NCBI GenBank assembly: GCA_037440005.1
Contig: JBBIUY010000004.1
Location: 32,001-96,000, forward strand
Reading direction: 5' to 3'
DNA from: Armatimonadota bacterium
Lineage (GTDB): Bacteria > Sysuimicrobiota > Sysuimicrobiia > Sysuimicrobiales > Kaftiobacteriaceae
Length of the DNA stretch: 64,000 nucleotides
Shown: piece after piece, positions 1 through 8,700 of the stretch
How the letters are laid out: each line of letters opens with the position of its first letter
Position numbering within the stretch: position 1 is the stretch's first letter
Program-made: the position numbers and the translations under genes
The notes under the pieces: model-generated
What the model was told of the DNA's origin: nothing
Database searches by the model: none
The model's input: only the letters and a program-made list of their open reading frames with translations

Positions 1-1
1 G

Positions 2-815
2 GAGTACTTGGCCCGCCACACCAACGCCCCCTTTCTGGTGGGGCCCGACGGATTCTTCGTGCGCCTCGGCGGGCAGGAGCAGATCTGGGACCGCCGCAGC
101 GGCCGGCCCCGCCCCGCCGACGCCCCCGACGCCGACCCGGCCCTGGAGGGCGAGTACATCGTCGGGGGGAGGTTCGGGCGCGGCCGGTGTTCGCGGTGTT
201 CGCCGAGCACGTGGCCCGCTACAGCCCCGAGTGGGCTGCCGGGGTCTGCGGCGTCCCGGCGGAGGCCATCCGGCGGGTGGCCCGGGAGCTGGGAGAAGAG
301 GCCCGCATCGGCAGCACCATCGTCCTGGACGGGGTGACCCTGCCGTACCGTCCCGTGGCCATCATGGCCTACCACATGGCCCAGCAGGAGCTGGGGTTCC
401 AGGCGGTGCGGGCCATGATCACCGTGATGATGCTGCTGGGAGCGGTCGGGGCCGTGGGCGGGCAGCGGTTCGACGTGGGCGGGTGGACGATTCACGAGAA
501 CTTTCACCTGCTCCTGGCCTTTTACCTGTTGCTGCGCCAGTTCCTCGCCGGGCGCAGCCGCATCGCGGTGCCCGTGGCGGCCGGGGTCCTGGTGAACGTC
601 GCCGCGGTGGGCAAACGCATCCTGATCGTGGTTCCCTCCCAGACCCACGGGGCGATGCTGCCCTATCCGCCCGGGTGTACGCCCCCACCTGGGTGGAGTA
701 CAGTAGCGTGGGAGGGCTGGTGGCTCTGGGCACGCTGCTGTACGTCCTGTTCGCCAAGGTGTTTCCCCTCATCGACCTGCCGGAAGACGTGTCGGAGGGA
801 GCTCGACGACGGTGA
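2..815 (+). pseudogene. Molybdopterin oxidoreductase catalytic-subunit fragment (5' truncated by window) fused in frame to the C-terminus of an NrfD-type membrane subunit; frameshifted
   Basis: Frame 2 EYLARHTNAPFLV... shifts near 180 into YSPEWAAGVCGVPAEAIRRVAREL...IGSTIVLDGVTLPYRPV (DMSO reductase family). At ~505 it switches abruptly to KRILIVVP; after a frameshift near 672 it reads YAPTWVEY...FAKVFPLI (NrfD C-terminus). Confidence 0.75.
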
Positions 816-1048
816 GGACGCTCATCACCCGGACGCTGGTGGTGGTGGGCCTGGCCACGGCCACGGTGAGTTTCGCCCTGGCCCTGCCGCTGCGTCTGCC
901 GGGCGCGGCGGCGGGGATCCCGGCGGTGGCGCGCCCGATCCCGTACCTGCCGGCGGCGTTCATCGCGGGGCTCATGCTGGTGTTCCTGGCGGCGGTGGCC
1001 TACGAACTGCTAACCGACCGCGACACCACCGAGCCGTGGCGGCCGTAG
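812..1048 (+). CDS. Small two-TM membrane protein
   Basis: 78-aa ORF, GTGA overlap with upstream stop, two hydrophobic segments. Confidence 0.6.
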   Translation: MRTLITRTLVVVGLATATVSFALALPLRLPGAAAGIPAVARPIPYLPAAFIAGLMLVFLAAVAYELLTDRDTTEPWRP

Positions 1049-1058
1049 GGAGGACCCC

Positions 1059-1746
1059 ATGGGCCTGCGGGGTGTGGCCTGCGCGCGGGCCGAGGCGTAC
1101 CAGGCGCTGGCGCAGGTCCTCCACTACCCCGACGGCGGGCGTCTGACCACCTTCCCCCGCACGGCCGCGCGCCTGCGGCGGCGGATCGATGCCCTCGCGG
1201 GCCTGGCGCAGTTCGATCCCGCCCGGCGCCTGGTGAGCCTGCTGGAGGCTGTGGCCCGGCAGGACCCCCGGACCGTCCAGGCGACGTACGTCCGGGTGTT
1301 CGGGGTGGACGGAGCGGGCGGACGGCCCCCTGCGAGTCGTACTACCGGTCGCGCTCTCCCGCCGACGTTCCCCTGTTGATGGCCGCCCTGGAGCGCGTCT
1401 ACGCCGCCGCCGGGCTGGCGGTCGATGCCGCAGGGGGTCTGCCGCCGGACCACCTCGTCGTCCAGATGGAGTTCATGGCCGTGCTGTGCGCCCGGGAGGG
1501 GGCGGCGTGGCGATCACCCCGCGGGGCGGCGGACGAGCTCGTCGCAGAGCAGCGGTTTCTCCGCTCCCACTGGCTGTCTGGCTGCCGGCGCTGGGCTCGG
1601 ACGTCGCCCGGTGGGACCCGGTGGGCGCGTATGCCGGGATCGTCGGGTGTGCGGCCGACCTGGTGCGGCACGACCTGGCGTTCCTCGCCGCCCTGATGCG
1701 CGCCAGCGGCGCCGGTGTGCCGGCGGGGGAGGCCCTCCGGCCATGA
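1059..1746 (+). pseudogene. TorD/DmsD-family molybdoenzyme chaperone, two frameshifts
   Basis: RBS ggaggac. YQALAQVLHYP...YVRVF, then after a shift near 1327 PCESYY...LPPDHLVVQMEFMAVL, then after a shift near 1570 LAVWLPAL. Confidence 0.8.
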
Positions 1747-2315
1747 GCGGGCCCGGCGCCGACCGTCCGGCCGTCGGGGTCTTTTTGTGCGAGCACCTGG
1801 AGGCTCGCTGGGGCCTGCCGGTCTCGCAGGTGCAGCGGTGGGCGGCCGGCACGCCGGCCCTCACCCTCCGCGTGGTCAGGGGGGTGTGTGAGTCGCCGCG
1901 GGCGCTGCAGGAGCCCCTGGCCCGGAGCGGTGTGTCCCGGGCGGTGCTGGGGCTGTGCCGCCGGCCCGCCTCCCGGGCGGACCTGCAGGCCGCGGTCCGC
2001 CGGGCCGGGCTAGATCCCGCCGGCGTGGAGGTGGTGGACCTGGGCACCTACGCCGCGCGGGCCCACCGTCCTCCCGACGCGGGCCGCAAGGCCGTCATCC
2101 TGCTGGCCGGCGCCGTCGCGCGGGCCCGGGCGTTCGTCGGCAGCCTCCCCCACCATCACGTGCCGGTCTTCCCCCGGACCGTCAGCCGGAGGTCTTTACT
2201 GACCCTGTCGGCGCTGGAATACCGGTCGGCTCTCCCCAAGATCGAGGTCCGCCGGACCGGCGCGGTCTCCGACCGCCCCCCCGGCGGGGCCGGTGGTGGC
2301 CCGGGTGAGCGATGA
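1743..2315 (+). pseudogene. Truncated Fe-S accessory protein (HdrA N-terminal-like domain); C-terminal ferredoxin part apparently lost
   Basis: AVGVFLC...VLGLC...AGLDPAGVEVVDL...KAVILLAGAVARA pattern, then low-complexity sequence after LPKIE. Confidence 0.5.
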
Positions 2316-2449
2316 CCGCTCGGAGGGAGCGTTCGCCCCCACCGACATCCCCACTCTGGCTGACCACCTGCTGGCATCCGTCCTCGGTCCCCCGGCACAG
2401 TCCGCCCCGTAGGCCTCCCGGCGGCCCCCGGGCGGGCGCGCCGACGGCG

Positions 2450-2490
2450 TTCACGGATTCTTCACGGGTGCTTCACGGCCGGTTCTCCGG
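2450..2490 (+). promoter_or_regulatory. Tandem direct-repeat operator (TTCACGG x3 plus TTCTCCG, 11-bp period), likely OmpR-family site
   Basis: Repeats start at 2450, 2461, 2472 and 2483, upstream of an operon encoding an OmpR-family regulator. Confidence 0.7.
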
Positions 2491-2550
2491 GGAAGGCTAG
2501 CGTCGACGGTGAGGGCGGGAAGCCCGAATACCTCTGACGCAGGGAGGAGG

Positions 2551-3246
2551 ATGACGATGTCTGTGCGGCTCCTGTACGTGGCTGCCGGCGTGGTCGCGCT
2601 GGCGGCGGCAGTGGCCCTCCCGGCCTTCAGCCAGCCCCGGTTGGGCGGCTGGGGCGGGTGCGCGGGTTTCGGCCCCACGGCACCGGCCGCGGGGCCCCTG
2701 ACCATCGACGCCGCAGCGGACCGCGCCCGGCAGGCGCTGGCGGCGTGGGGGAACCCCGATCTGGCGGTGAAAGAGGTCATGGAGTTCAGCAACCACTTCT
2801 ACGTGCTGGTGGTCGAGCGCAGCACGGGCCGCGGGGCGATGGAGCTCATCGTGGAGCGCTCCGGTCTCGTGCGCCCCGAGCCCGGTCCCAACATGATGTG
2901 GAACCTCAAGTACGGCCACATGGGCGGGACGGGCTGGGGCATGATGGGCGGCCGGGGTATGATGGGACCCGGCTGGGGAGGCGGCCGCGCGCCCGGCGGG
3001 TGGGGGCCCCCGCAGGCCGGTGAGCCGCTGACGGCGGAGCGGGCGCGGGAGATCGCCGCCCAGTTCCGGAAGTCGGCGTTTCCCGGCGCCGAGCCGGACG
3101 AGCACGGGGTGGCTTTCTACGGATACGTCACCTTTGACGTGGAGCGCGCCGGGCGGCCGGTCGGCATGCTGAGCGTGAACGCCTCCACCGGCCAGGTCTG
3201 GTACCACGCCTGGCACGGGGCGTTCGTCCGGGAGAAGGAGTTCTGA
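2551..3246 (+). CDS. Secreted Gly/Met-rich protein with PepSY-like repeats
   Basis: RBS ggaggagg, signal peptide, PEPGPNMMWNLKYGHMGG...MMGGRGMMG, VNASTGQVWYHAWHG. Confidence 0.75.
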   Translation: MTMSVRLLYVAAGVVALAAAVALPAFSQPRLGGWGGCAGFGPTAPAAGPLTIDAAADRARQALAAWGNPDLAVKEVMEFSNHFYVLVVERSTGRGAMELIVERSGLVRPEPGPNMMWNLKYGHMGGTGWGMMGGRGMMGPGWGGGRAPGGWGPPQAGEPLTAERAREIAAQFRKSAFPGAEPDEHGVAFYGYVTFDVERAGRPVGMLSVNASTGQVWYHAWHGAFVREKEF

Positions 3247-3260
3247 GGAGGGATCCGACG

Positions 3261-3581
3261 GTGAGCGGACGCGATCTGGCGGTGGTGCTGCTGGTGGTCC
3301 TGGGCGCCCTGATCCTGCTGCCCGCCCTGGGGATGGCGGTGGGGGGATGCGGCGGGTGGATGGGGCCGGGCATGATGGGTCGCTGGGGCTGGGGCCCGTG
3401 GGGAGGAGGGTGGGGACTCGTGGCGATGCTGCTGGCGCTGGCGGGGATCGTGCTGGTGGTCCTGGCCCTGGGGCGCCGGGAGGCCAGGGGGGACGAGGCG
3501 CTACAGATCCTGCGGCGCCGCCTGGCCAGCGGGGAGATCACCCCGGAGCAGTTCGAGGAACTCCGCAAGACGCTGCAGTAG
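3261..3581 (+). CDS. SHOCT-domain membrane protein, Met/Gly-rich
   Basis: Two TM segments; C-terminal ALQILRRRLASGEITPEQFEE. Confidence 0.85.
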   Translation: MSGRDLAVVLLVVLGALILLPALGMAVGGCGGWMGPGMMGRWGWGPWGGGWGLVAMLLALAGIVLVVLALGRREARGDEALQILRRRLASGEITPEQFEELRKTLQ

Positions 3582-3585
3582 ATCC

Positions 3586-3621
3586 CGGCCTCCGGGAGAC
3601 CGGCCGGTCTCCCGGAGGCCG
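3586..3621. repeat. Perfect 36-bp palindrome
   Basis: cggcctccgggagaccgg|ccggtctcccggaggccg is self-complementary with no loop. Confidence 0.9.
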
Positions 3622-3639
3622 ATGCGGGTGTGACCCACC

Positions 3640-4380
3640 GTGGGCCGACGGGTGGTGCTGGTGGTGGAGGACGAGCCGGAGATCGCCGACGCCCTGCGCC
3701 AGTACCTGGAAAAGGACGGGTACACGGTGGCGGTGGCCGGCGACGGGCAGCGGGCCCTGGCCGAGTTCGCCCGCCTGCGGCCCGACCTGGTCCTGCTGGA
3801 CCTGATGCTGCCCGGCCTGGACGGATGGGAGGTGACCCGCCGCATCCGCCAACAGGGGGTCACGCCCATCATCATGCTCACCGCCCGCAGCGCCGAGGTG
3901 GACAAGCTGGTGGGCCTGGAGCTGGGCGCCGACGACTACATCACCAAGCCCTTTTCGCCCCGGGAGGTGGTGGCCAGGGTCCGGGCGGTGCTGCGCCGCG
4001 CCCGGGGCGGCGAGCCGGCGGCGGAGGTCGTGCGGGTGCACGACCTGGAGATCGATCCGACCCGGATGGAGGTGCGCCGGGGCGGGGTCCCGGTGACCCT
4101 CACGCCCACCGAGTTCAAACTCCTCCACGTCCTGGCGCGCCATCCCGGGCGGGTGTTCACCCGCATGCAGCTCATCGACCAGGTGCAGGGGTACGCCTTC
4201 GAGGGCTACGAGCGCACCGTGGACGCCCACATCAAGAACCTGCGGCGCAAGCTGGAGCCCGACCCCCGCCGCCCCCGCTACGTCCTCACCGTGCGCGGCG
4301 TGGGCTACCGGTTCGCCGAGGAGACCCGGCCCGGCGAAGGCGCCCCCGACGCGCGCCGGGCGGAGGACTCCCATGGGTAG
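3640..4380 (+). CDS. OmpR/PhoB-family response regulator
   Basis: VEDE, LLDLMLPG, GADDYITKPFS, winged helix RTVDAHIKNLRRKL...TVRGVGY. Confidence 0.95.
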   Translation: MGRRVVLVVEDEPEIADALRQYLEKDGYTVAVAGDGQRALAEFARLRPDLVLLDLMLPGLDGWEVTRRIRQQGVTPIIMLTARSAEVDKLVGLELGADDYITKPFSPREVVARVRAVLRRARGGEPAAEVVRVHDLEIDPTRMEVRRGGVPVTLTPTEFKLLHVLARHPGRVFTRMQLIDQVQGYAFEGYERTVDAHIKNLRRKLEPDPRRPRYVLTVRGVGYRFAEETRPGEGAPDARRAEDSHG

Positions 4381-5494
4381 CGTGCGCGGGCGGCTCATCG
4401 TGGTCCTGGTCCTGGTGGCCTGGCTGTCGGTGGCGGTGGTGGGCGCGGTGACGGCCCGGCTGACGGCCGAGCGGTTCACCCTGTACCTGCGCCACAGTCC
4501 GATGATGCGGTCCCTGCCCGGCATGGAGGCGATGATGCGGGCGATGATGGGCGCCCCCGAGCGCGAATTCCTCCGGGGGGTGCGCCGCGCCATCTGGACG
4601 GCCGCGGTGCTGGGGCTGGCGGTGGCGGTGGTCCTGGGCACCCTGACCGCGCGTCAGCTCACCCAGCCCCTCCGGCGCCTGGCCGAGGCGGCGCGCCGGG
4701 TGGGCCGGGGCGACCTGGCGATCCGGGTGCCGGTGGACTCCAACGACGAGGTCGGAGAGGTGGCCCGGACGTTCAACGCCATGGTGGCCGAGCTGCACCG
4801 CAGCGAGGAGGACCGCCGCCGCCTGCTCGCCGACATCGCCCACGAACTGGGGACTCCCCTGGCCGCGCTGCAGGCCAACGTGGAGGGCATGCTGGACCGG
4901 GTGGTGGAGCCCACCCCCGCCAAGCTGGCCGCCCTGCACACCCAGATCCGGCTGCTGGCCCGGCTGGTCAGGGACCTGCAGGACCTCTCCCTGGCGCAGC
5001 AGGGGCGGCTGCCCCTGGACCGGCGGCCGGTGGACCTGGCCGAGCTGGTGCGGCAGGTCGTGGAGGTGGCGCGCCCGGCGGCCGAGGACAAGGGCGTCGC
5101 CCTGACCGCCTCCGCCGACGGGGCGCTGACGGTGCTCGCGGACCGCGAGCGCATCTCCCAGGTGCTGCACAACCTGCTGGCCAACGCCATCCGCTACACC
5201 GAGCCCGGAGGACGGATCACGGTGACGGCCCGCCGGGAGGGGGGCGAGGTGCGGGTGGAGGTGGCCGACACCGGCGTGGGAATCCCGGACTCGGACCTCC
5301 CGCACGTCTTCGACCGGTTCCACCGGGTGGACCGCTCGCGGTCCCGCAGCAGCGGCGGGGCCGGGCTGGGCCTGGCCATCGTCAAGCACCTGGTGGAAGC
5401 CCACGGCGGACGGGTGTGGGCCCGCAGCCAGGTGGGCAGGGGGAGCACCTTCGGTTTCGCGCTGCCGTCCGGCGAAGGCGGCGGCCAGACCTGA
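4373..5494 (+). CDS. HAMP sensor histidine kinase (BaeS-like) with Met-rich extracytoplasmic loop
   Basis: Two TMs, SPMMRSLPGMEAMMRAMMG, H-box IAHELGTPL, N-box NLLANAIRY, G-boxes DTGVGI and GAGLGL. Confidence 0.95.
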   Translation: MGSVRGRLIVVLVLVAWLSVAVVGAVTARLTAERFTLYLRHSPMMRSLPGMEAMMRAMMGAPEREFLRGVRRAIWTAAVLGLAVAVVLGTLTARQLTQPLRRLAEAARRVGRGDLAIRVPVDSNDEVGEVARTFNAMVAELHRSEEDRRRLLADIAHELGTPLAALQANVEGMLDRVVEPTPAKLAALHTQIRLLARLVRDLQDLSLAQQGRLPLDRRPVDLAELVRQVVEVARPAAEDKGVALTASADGALTVLADRERISQVLHNLLANAIRYTEPGGRITVTARREGGEVRVEVADTGVGIPDSDLPHVFDRFHRVDRSRSRSSGGAGLGLAIVKHLVEAHGGRVWARSQVGRGSTFGFALPSGEGGGQT

Positions 5495-5535
5495 GCCCGG
5501 GAGTTCGCCGGGGTGGTGCGGGGAGGGGGAGACCG

Positions 5536-6009
5536 ATGAGGACGCTGGTGGTCACGGCGCTGGTGGCGGGCCTGGCGGCGGGGATGCCGACCCCCGGGGC
5601 CACCGCGCCGCCACCCGCGGACGTCCTCGTGGAGGGGCGGGTGAGCGAGGGACATACCCTGCGCGACGGGGGGCAGGGCGGGGTGTGGATCGAGGCGACT
5701 CACCTGAGCCCGCAGTCTGTCCCTTCCCGGGCCCGGTCCGTCCTGCAGCGATACCCCCTGGACCGCCACACGGTCTTCGTGATCGCCATGGACACCCACA
5801 GCGTGGACCTGAGTCGGTACGACATGGAGAGACTCTCCGAGCTGCGCGCGGGCGGGAGGGGCTACGCCCCGGTCCGGTGGGAGGCCATCGCCGAGAGCAG
5901 CCACCACCGGCTGGGCGCGCTGATCTTCCCCCGTGTGGACCTGCCGGCCGACCTGGTGATCGCGGGTGTCGCCGGGGTGCCGGCGCGCGTCTTCCGGTGG
6001 CTGCCGTGA
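5536..6009 (+). CDS. Secreted hypothetical protein
   Basis: Signal peptide; AMDTHSVDLSRYD and SSHHR motifs. Confidence 0.7.
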   Translation: MRTLVVTALVAGLAAGMPTPGATAPPPADVLVEGRVSEGHTLRDGGQGGVWIEATHLSPQSVPSRARSVLQRYPLDRHTVFVIAMDTHSVDLSRYDMERLSELRAGGRGYAPVRWEAIAESSHHRLGALIFPRVDLPADLVIAGVAGVPARVFRWLP

Positions 6010-6470
6010 TGGCCCCGTTCCGGATCCCGGATGCGCGGCAGGTCCGCCGGCCGCTGCTGGCGGGGGTGCTGTCCGCCGCCGGGCTAGCCGCCGCCTACAG
6101 CCTCGTCATCGGGCTGGCATCGCGGTCCTGGCCGCACCTGGCGGAGCAGTGGCGGACCGACGGGGCGTTCGTGGCGCTGGTGGTCGCCGGCTTCGGCATC
6201 CAGGTGGGCCTGTACCAGCACGTCCGGCGGGTGGTGCGCGCCCCCGCCGCGGTGGCCGCCGGCGGCACGGCCACCTCCACCGCGGCCATGGTGGCCTGCT
6301 GCCTGCACCACCTGTCGGACGTGGCCCCACTGATCGGGCTGGCGGGGGCGGCCGCGTTCCTGACCCGCTACAAGGTGCCGGTGATCCTGGTCAGCCTGGG
6401 GGCCAACGGGGTGGGGATCGCCTGGATGGTGCGCACGCTCCGCCGCGCGCGGACGGCGGCGTGCGGCTGA
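6009..6470 (+). CDS. Membrane protein with CCxHH motif, putative metal-binding
   Basis: TGATG coupling to upstream gene, about 4 TMs, AMVACCLHHLSD. Confidence 0.75.
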   Translation: MAPFRIPDARQVRRPLLAGVLSAAGLAAAYSLVIGLASRSWPHLAEQWRTDGAFVALVVAGFGIQVGLYQHVRRVVRAPAAVAAGGTATSTAAMVACCLHHLSDVAPLIGLAGAAAFLTRYKVPVILVSLGANGVGIAWMVRTLRRARTAACG

Positions 6471-6521
6471 CGGGACCTGGTGCCTCGGGTCGCGCCGGCG
6501 GCGCGGTCTCAGGGCTGGCGG

Positions 6522-6914
6522 TCAGGCCCTCTGCACCTGCAGGGTGCGCAGAGGGCAATAGGCGTCCCGCCACATCTTCTGCTGCCGGGCCCACTGGGCC
6601 CACACGTCGTCGCCCAGCTCGGCCCGGCGGGCGGCGGAGAAGATGCGGATGTCCTCTCCGCGGCTTTCGGCGGCGAAGTGCACCAGCAGGATGCACGGGA
6701 ACTCCGGGCACAGGCCGCAGTGCTCCACCCGGTGCTCCCGCGCGCAGGAGTAGATCGGGCAGATCTTCTCCAAGCGGACCTCGCCCTGGGTGGCGCAGGT
6801 GGCGGCCAGGGCCTCGTACCAGGCGCTGCCTTCCCAGTACAGGCCGCAGACGGCGGCAAAGTCCTCCGGCGCCTGTTTGGGGGACGCGCCGGTTGACCTC
6901 CCGGATACGGTCAT
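6522..6914 (-). CDS. Cys-rich DUF3795-like protein
   Basis: VCGLY, CPIYSC, HCGLCPEFPC. Confidence 0.7.
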   Translation of the reverse strand: MTVSGRSTGASPKQAPEDFAAVCGLYWEGSAWYEALAATCATQGEVRLEKICPIYSCAREHRVEHCGLCPEFPCILLVHFAAESRGEDIRIFSAARRAELGDDVWAQWARQQKMWRDAYCPLRTLQVQRA

Positions 6915-7025
6915 GGCGGTTCGCCTCCGGCGTCCAGCCTAGCCACACGGGACCGCAGAGGCCATCGGGCGGACACTGTATACCCGGAGCTCGCGCCCCG
7001 ACGGACAGGAGGGCCGGGGCGGGAC

Positions 7026-7868
7026 CTACCGGGACGTCTCCTGGCGGTAGCCGCTGAGAGCGGCGAGCTCCTGCAGGGACAGCACGCCTTCATAGCGGCG
7101 GCCGCCGATGTCCCACGTCGGGTAGGCGCGGACCCCGGCCGCCGCGCACACCTCGGGCTGTCCGATGGGGGATCGGGGATCGCACTCGATGTACGGCAGC
7201 AGCGCCGCGGCGTCCCCGAACAGGGCCTTCTGGTCCGCGCAGTGGGGGCACCAGTATGCCCCGTAGAACTTCGCCCCGGTGGCGGACAGGTGGCGGGCCA
7301 GGCCGGCCGCAAACGACGCGTCCGGCGGGGTCGGCGCGGACAGCCGGTAGCCCGAGATCAGGAACACCACAGCCGCAGCGGCGGCGGCCGCCGTCCACCT
7401 CCAGGTTCCCGCCGCGGGCCGGCGGGGCCGTCGGACGATCAGGAGTCCCAGGAGGGCCACGGTCAGCAGCGCGGAGACGACGCACAAGCTGCAGGTGACC
7501 TGCAGGAGCACCCGCTGGACCACGGTGAAGACCGCCGAGGCGGCGACGCCGGCGCCGGCCACGGGCACCGCCACCGCCCAGCGGCGGTCCTCCGGGGCCG
7601 GGCGCAACCCCAGGGCCAGCAGGCTCCCGTAGTACCCCAGGCCCAACAGGGCGACCGGGATCCCGAAGACCGCCGCATAGCGGCTGGACTGCACCACGTC
7701 GCACCCGCCCCCCGCCGGGCAGTACACCGGGACGTGGGCGGCGCGCGCGTACAGCAGGTAGGCGCTGAGGACGACGCCGAGCCCGCTGAGGATCGCCAGC
7801 CGGAGATCCGGCGACCTCACTGCGGCGCGGCTGCGGCGGTCCGGTCGGCGGGGAGTCGGCCTTGTCAT
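7026..7868 (-). CDS. VKOR-family disulfide-formation protein with C-terminal thioredoxin-like domain
   Basis: CPAGGGCDVVQSSRYA, CSLC, FYGAYWCPHC...YPTW. Confidence 0.92.
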   Translation of the reverse strand: MTRPTPRRPDRRSRAAVRSPDLRLAILSGLGVVLSAYLLYARAAHVPVYCPAGGGCDVVQSSRYAAVFGIPVALLGLGYYGSLLALGLRPAPEDRRWAVAVPVAGAGVAASAVFTVVQRVLLQVTCSLCVVSALLTVALLGLLIVRRPRRPAAGTWRWTAAAAAAAVVFLISGYRLSAPTPPDASFAAGLARHLSATGAKFYGAYWCPHCADQKALFGDAAALLPYIECDPRSPIGQPEVCAAAGVRAYPTWDIGGRRYEGVLSLQELAALSGYRQETSR

Positions 7869-7934
7869 CCTCCGCCCATCATACCCCGCCGCCACCGCTC
7901 CGTCCACCGGACGGCCGCTGGATGGCCACCGGGA

Positions 7935-8513
7935 TCACCCCGCCGGCCCTGCGAACACTTTCCCCGGCCGCCAGGGCGTGCCCAGCAGGGGCAGCAGCCA
8001 GCGGTCCAGGCCGTAGTGGCCGGCGACCTTCCAGGCCAGGATCAGCAGGATGGCGGCGGTGAACAGCAGGGGGTTGGTGCTGGCGGTGCCCGCCATCATG
8101 AAGTTCCAGTTCATAAAGCCGGCGAAGAAGGCGGCGATCCCCACAAACGCCCCCAGGATCAGCGCCACGCCCACCAGCAGCTCGCCGTAGGCCACCAGTT
8201 TGGCGAACCAGGTGTAGGCCTGGATGTCCAGCAGCCACTGGAGGAAGGCGCGGTACCAGGGGAACGCCACCGGGGGCCGGGCCGGGGGCGGGGGCACCTG
8301 GACGGCGCGCTCCCAGAACGCCTTCAGGGCGGTCCCGGTGCCGGTCCAGGCCTCCACGCCGATCTTGTGCCGGGCGGCGTCCACCCACTGCCAGCCCAGC
8401 CACACCCGGACCACCGCCCACAGCCAGGCATAGCGGGTGGTGTTGAACAGGATCTGGACCCACGGGGGGTCCCCGTAGATTTCGGCGGTCGCCCGCCCTT
8501 CCTGTTCGGTCAT
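7935..8513 (-). CDS. DoxX/DoxD (TQO small subunit-like) membrane protein
   Basis: RVWLGWQW, GELLVGVALILG, MNWNFMMAGTASTNP, GLDRW. Confidence 0.85.
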   Translation of the reverse strand: MTEQEGRATAEIYGDPPWVQILFNTTRYAWLWAVVRVWLGWQWVDAARHKIGVEAWTGTGTALKAFWERAVQVPPPPARPPVAFPWYRAFLQWLLDIQAYTWFAKLVAYGELLVGVALILGAFVGIAAFFAGFMNWNFMMAGTASTNPLLFTAAILLILAWKVAGHYGLDRWLLPLLGTPWRPGKVFAGPAG

Positions 8514-8700
8514 GCCGCCTCACCCCCCGACCGATCCTTTCCGACGACACTTCGATCGACCGGACCCTCCCGCCTGCCGGGGAGGGAGCCCGGGCCGACA
8601 GGGGATCCGGCTCGGGCGGGCGCCCGTTCCCATCGGTCCTCGGCCTGATGGCAAGGGTCGGAGCGCGCTCTTAGAGTGAAGATGGCGAACCCGGCGGGAG

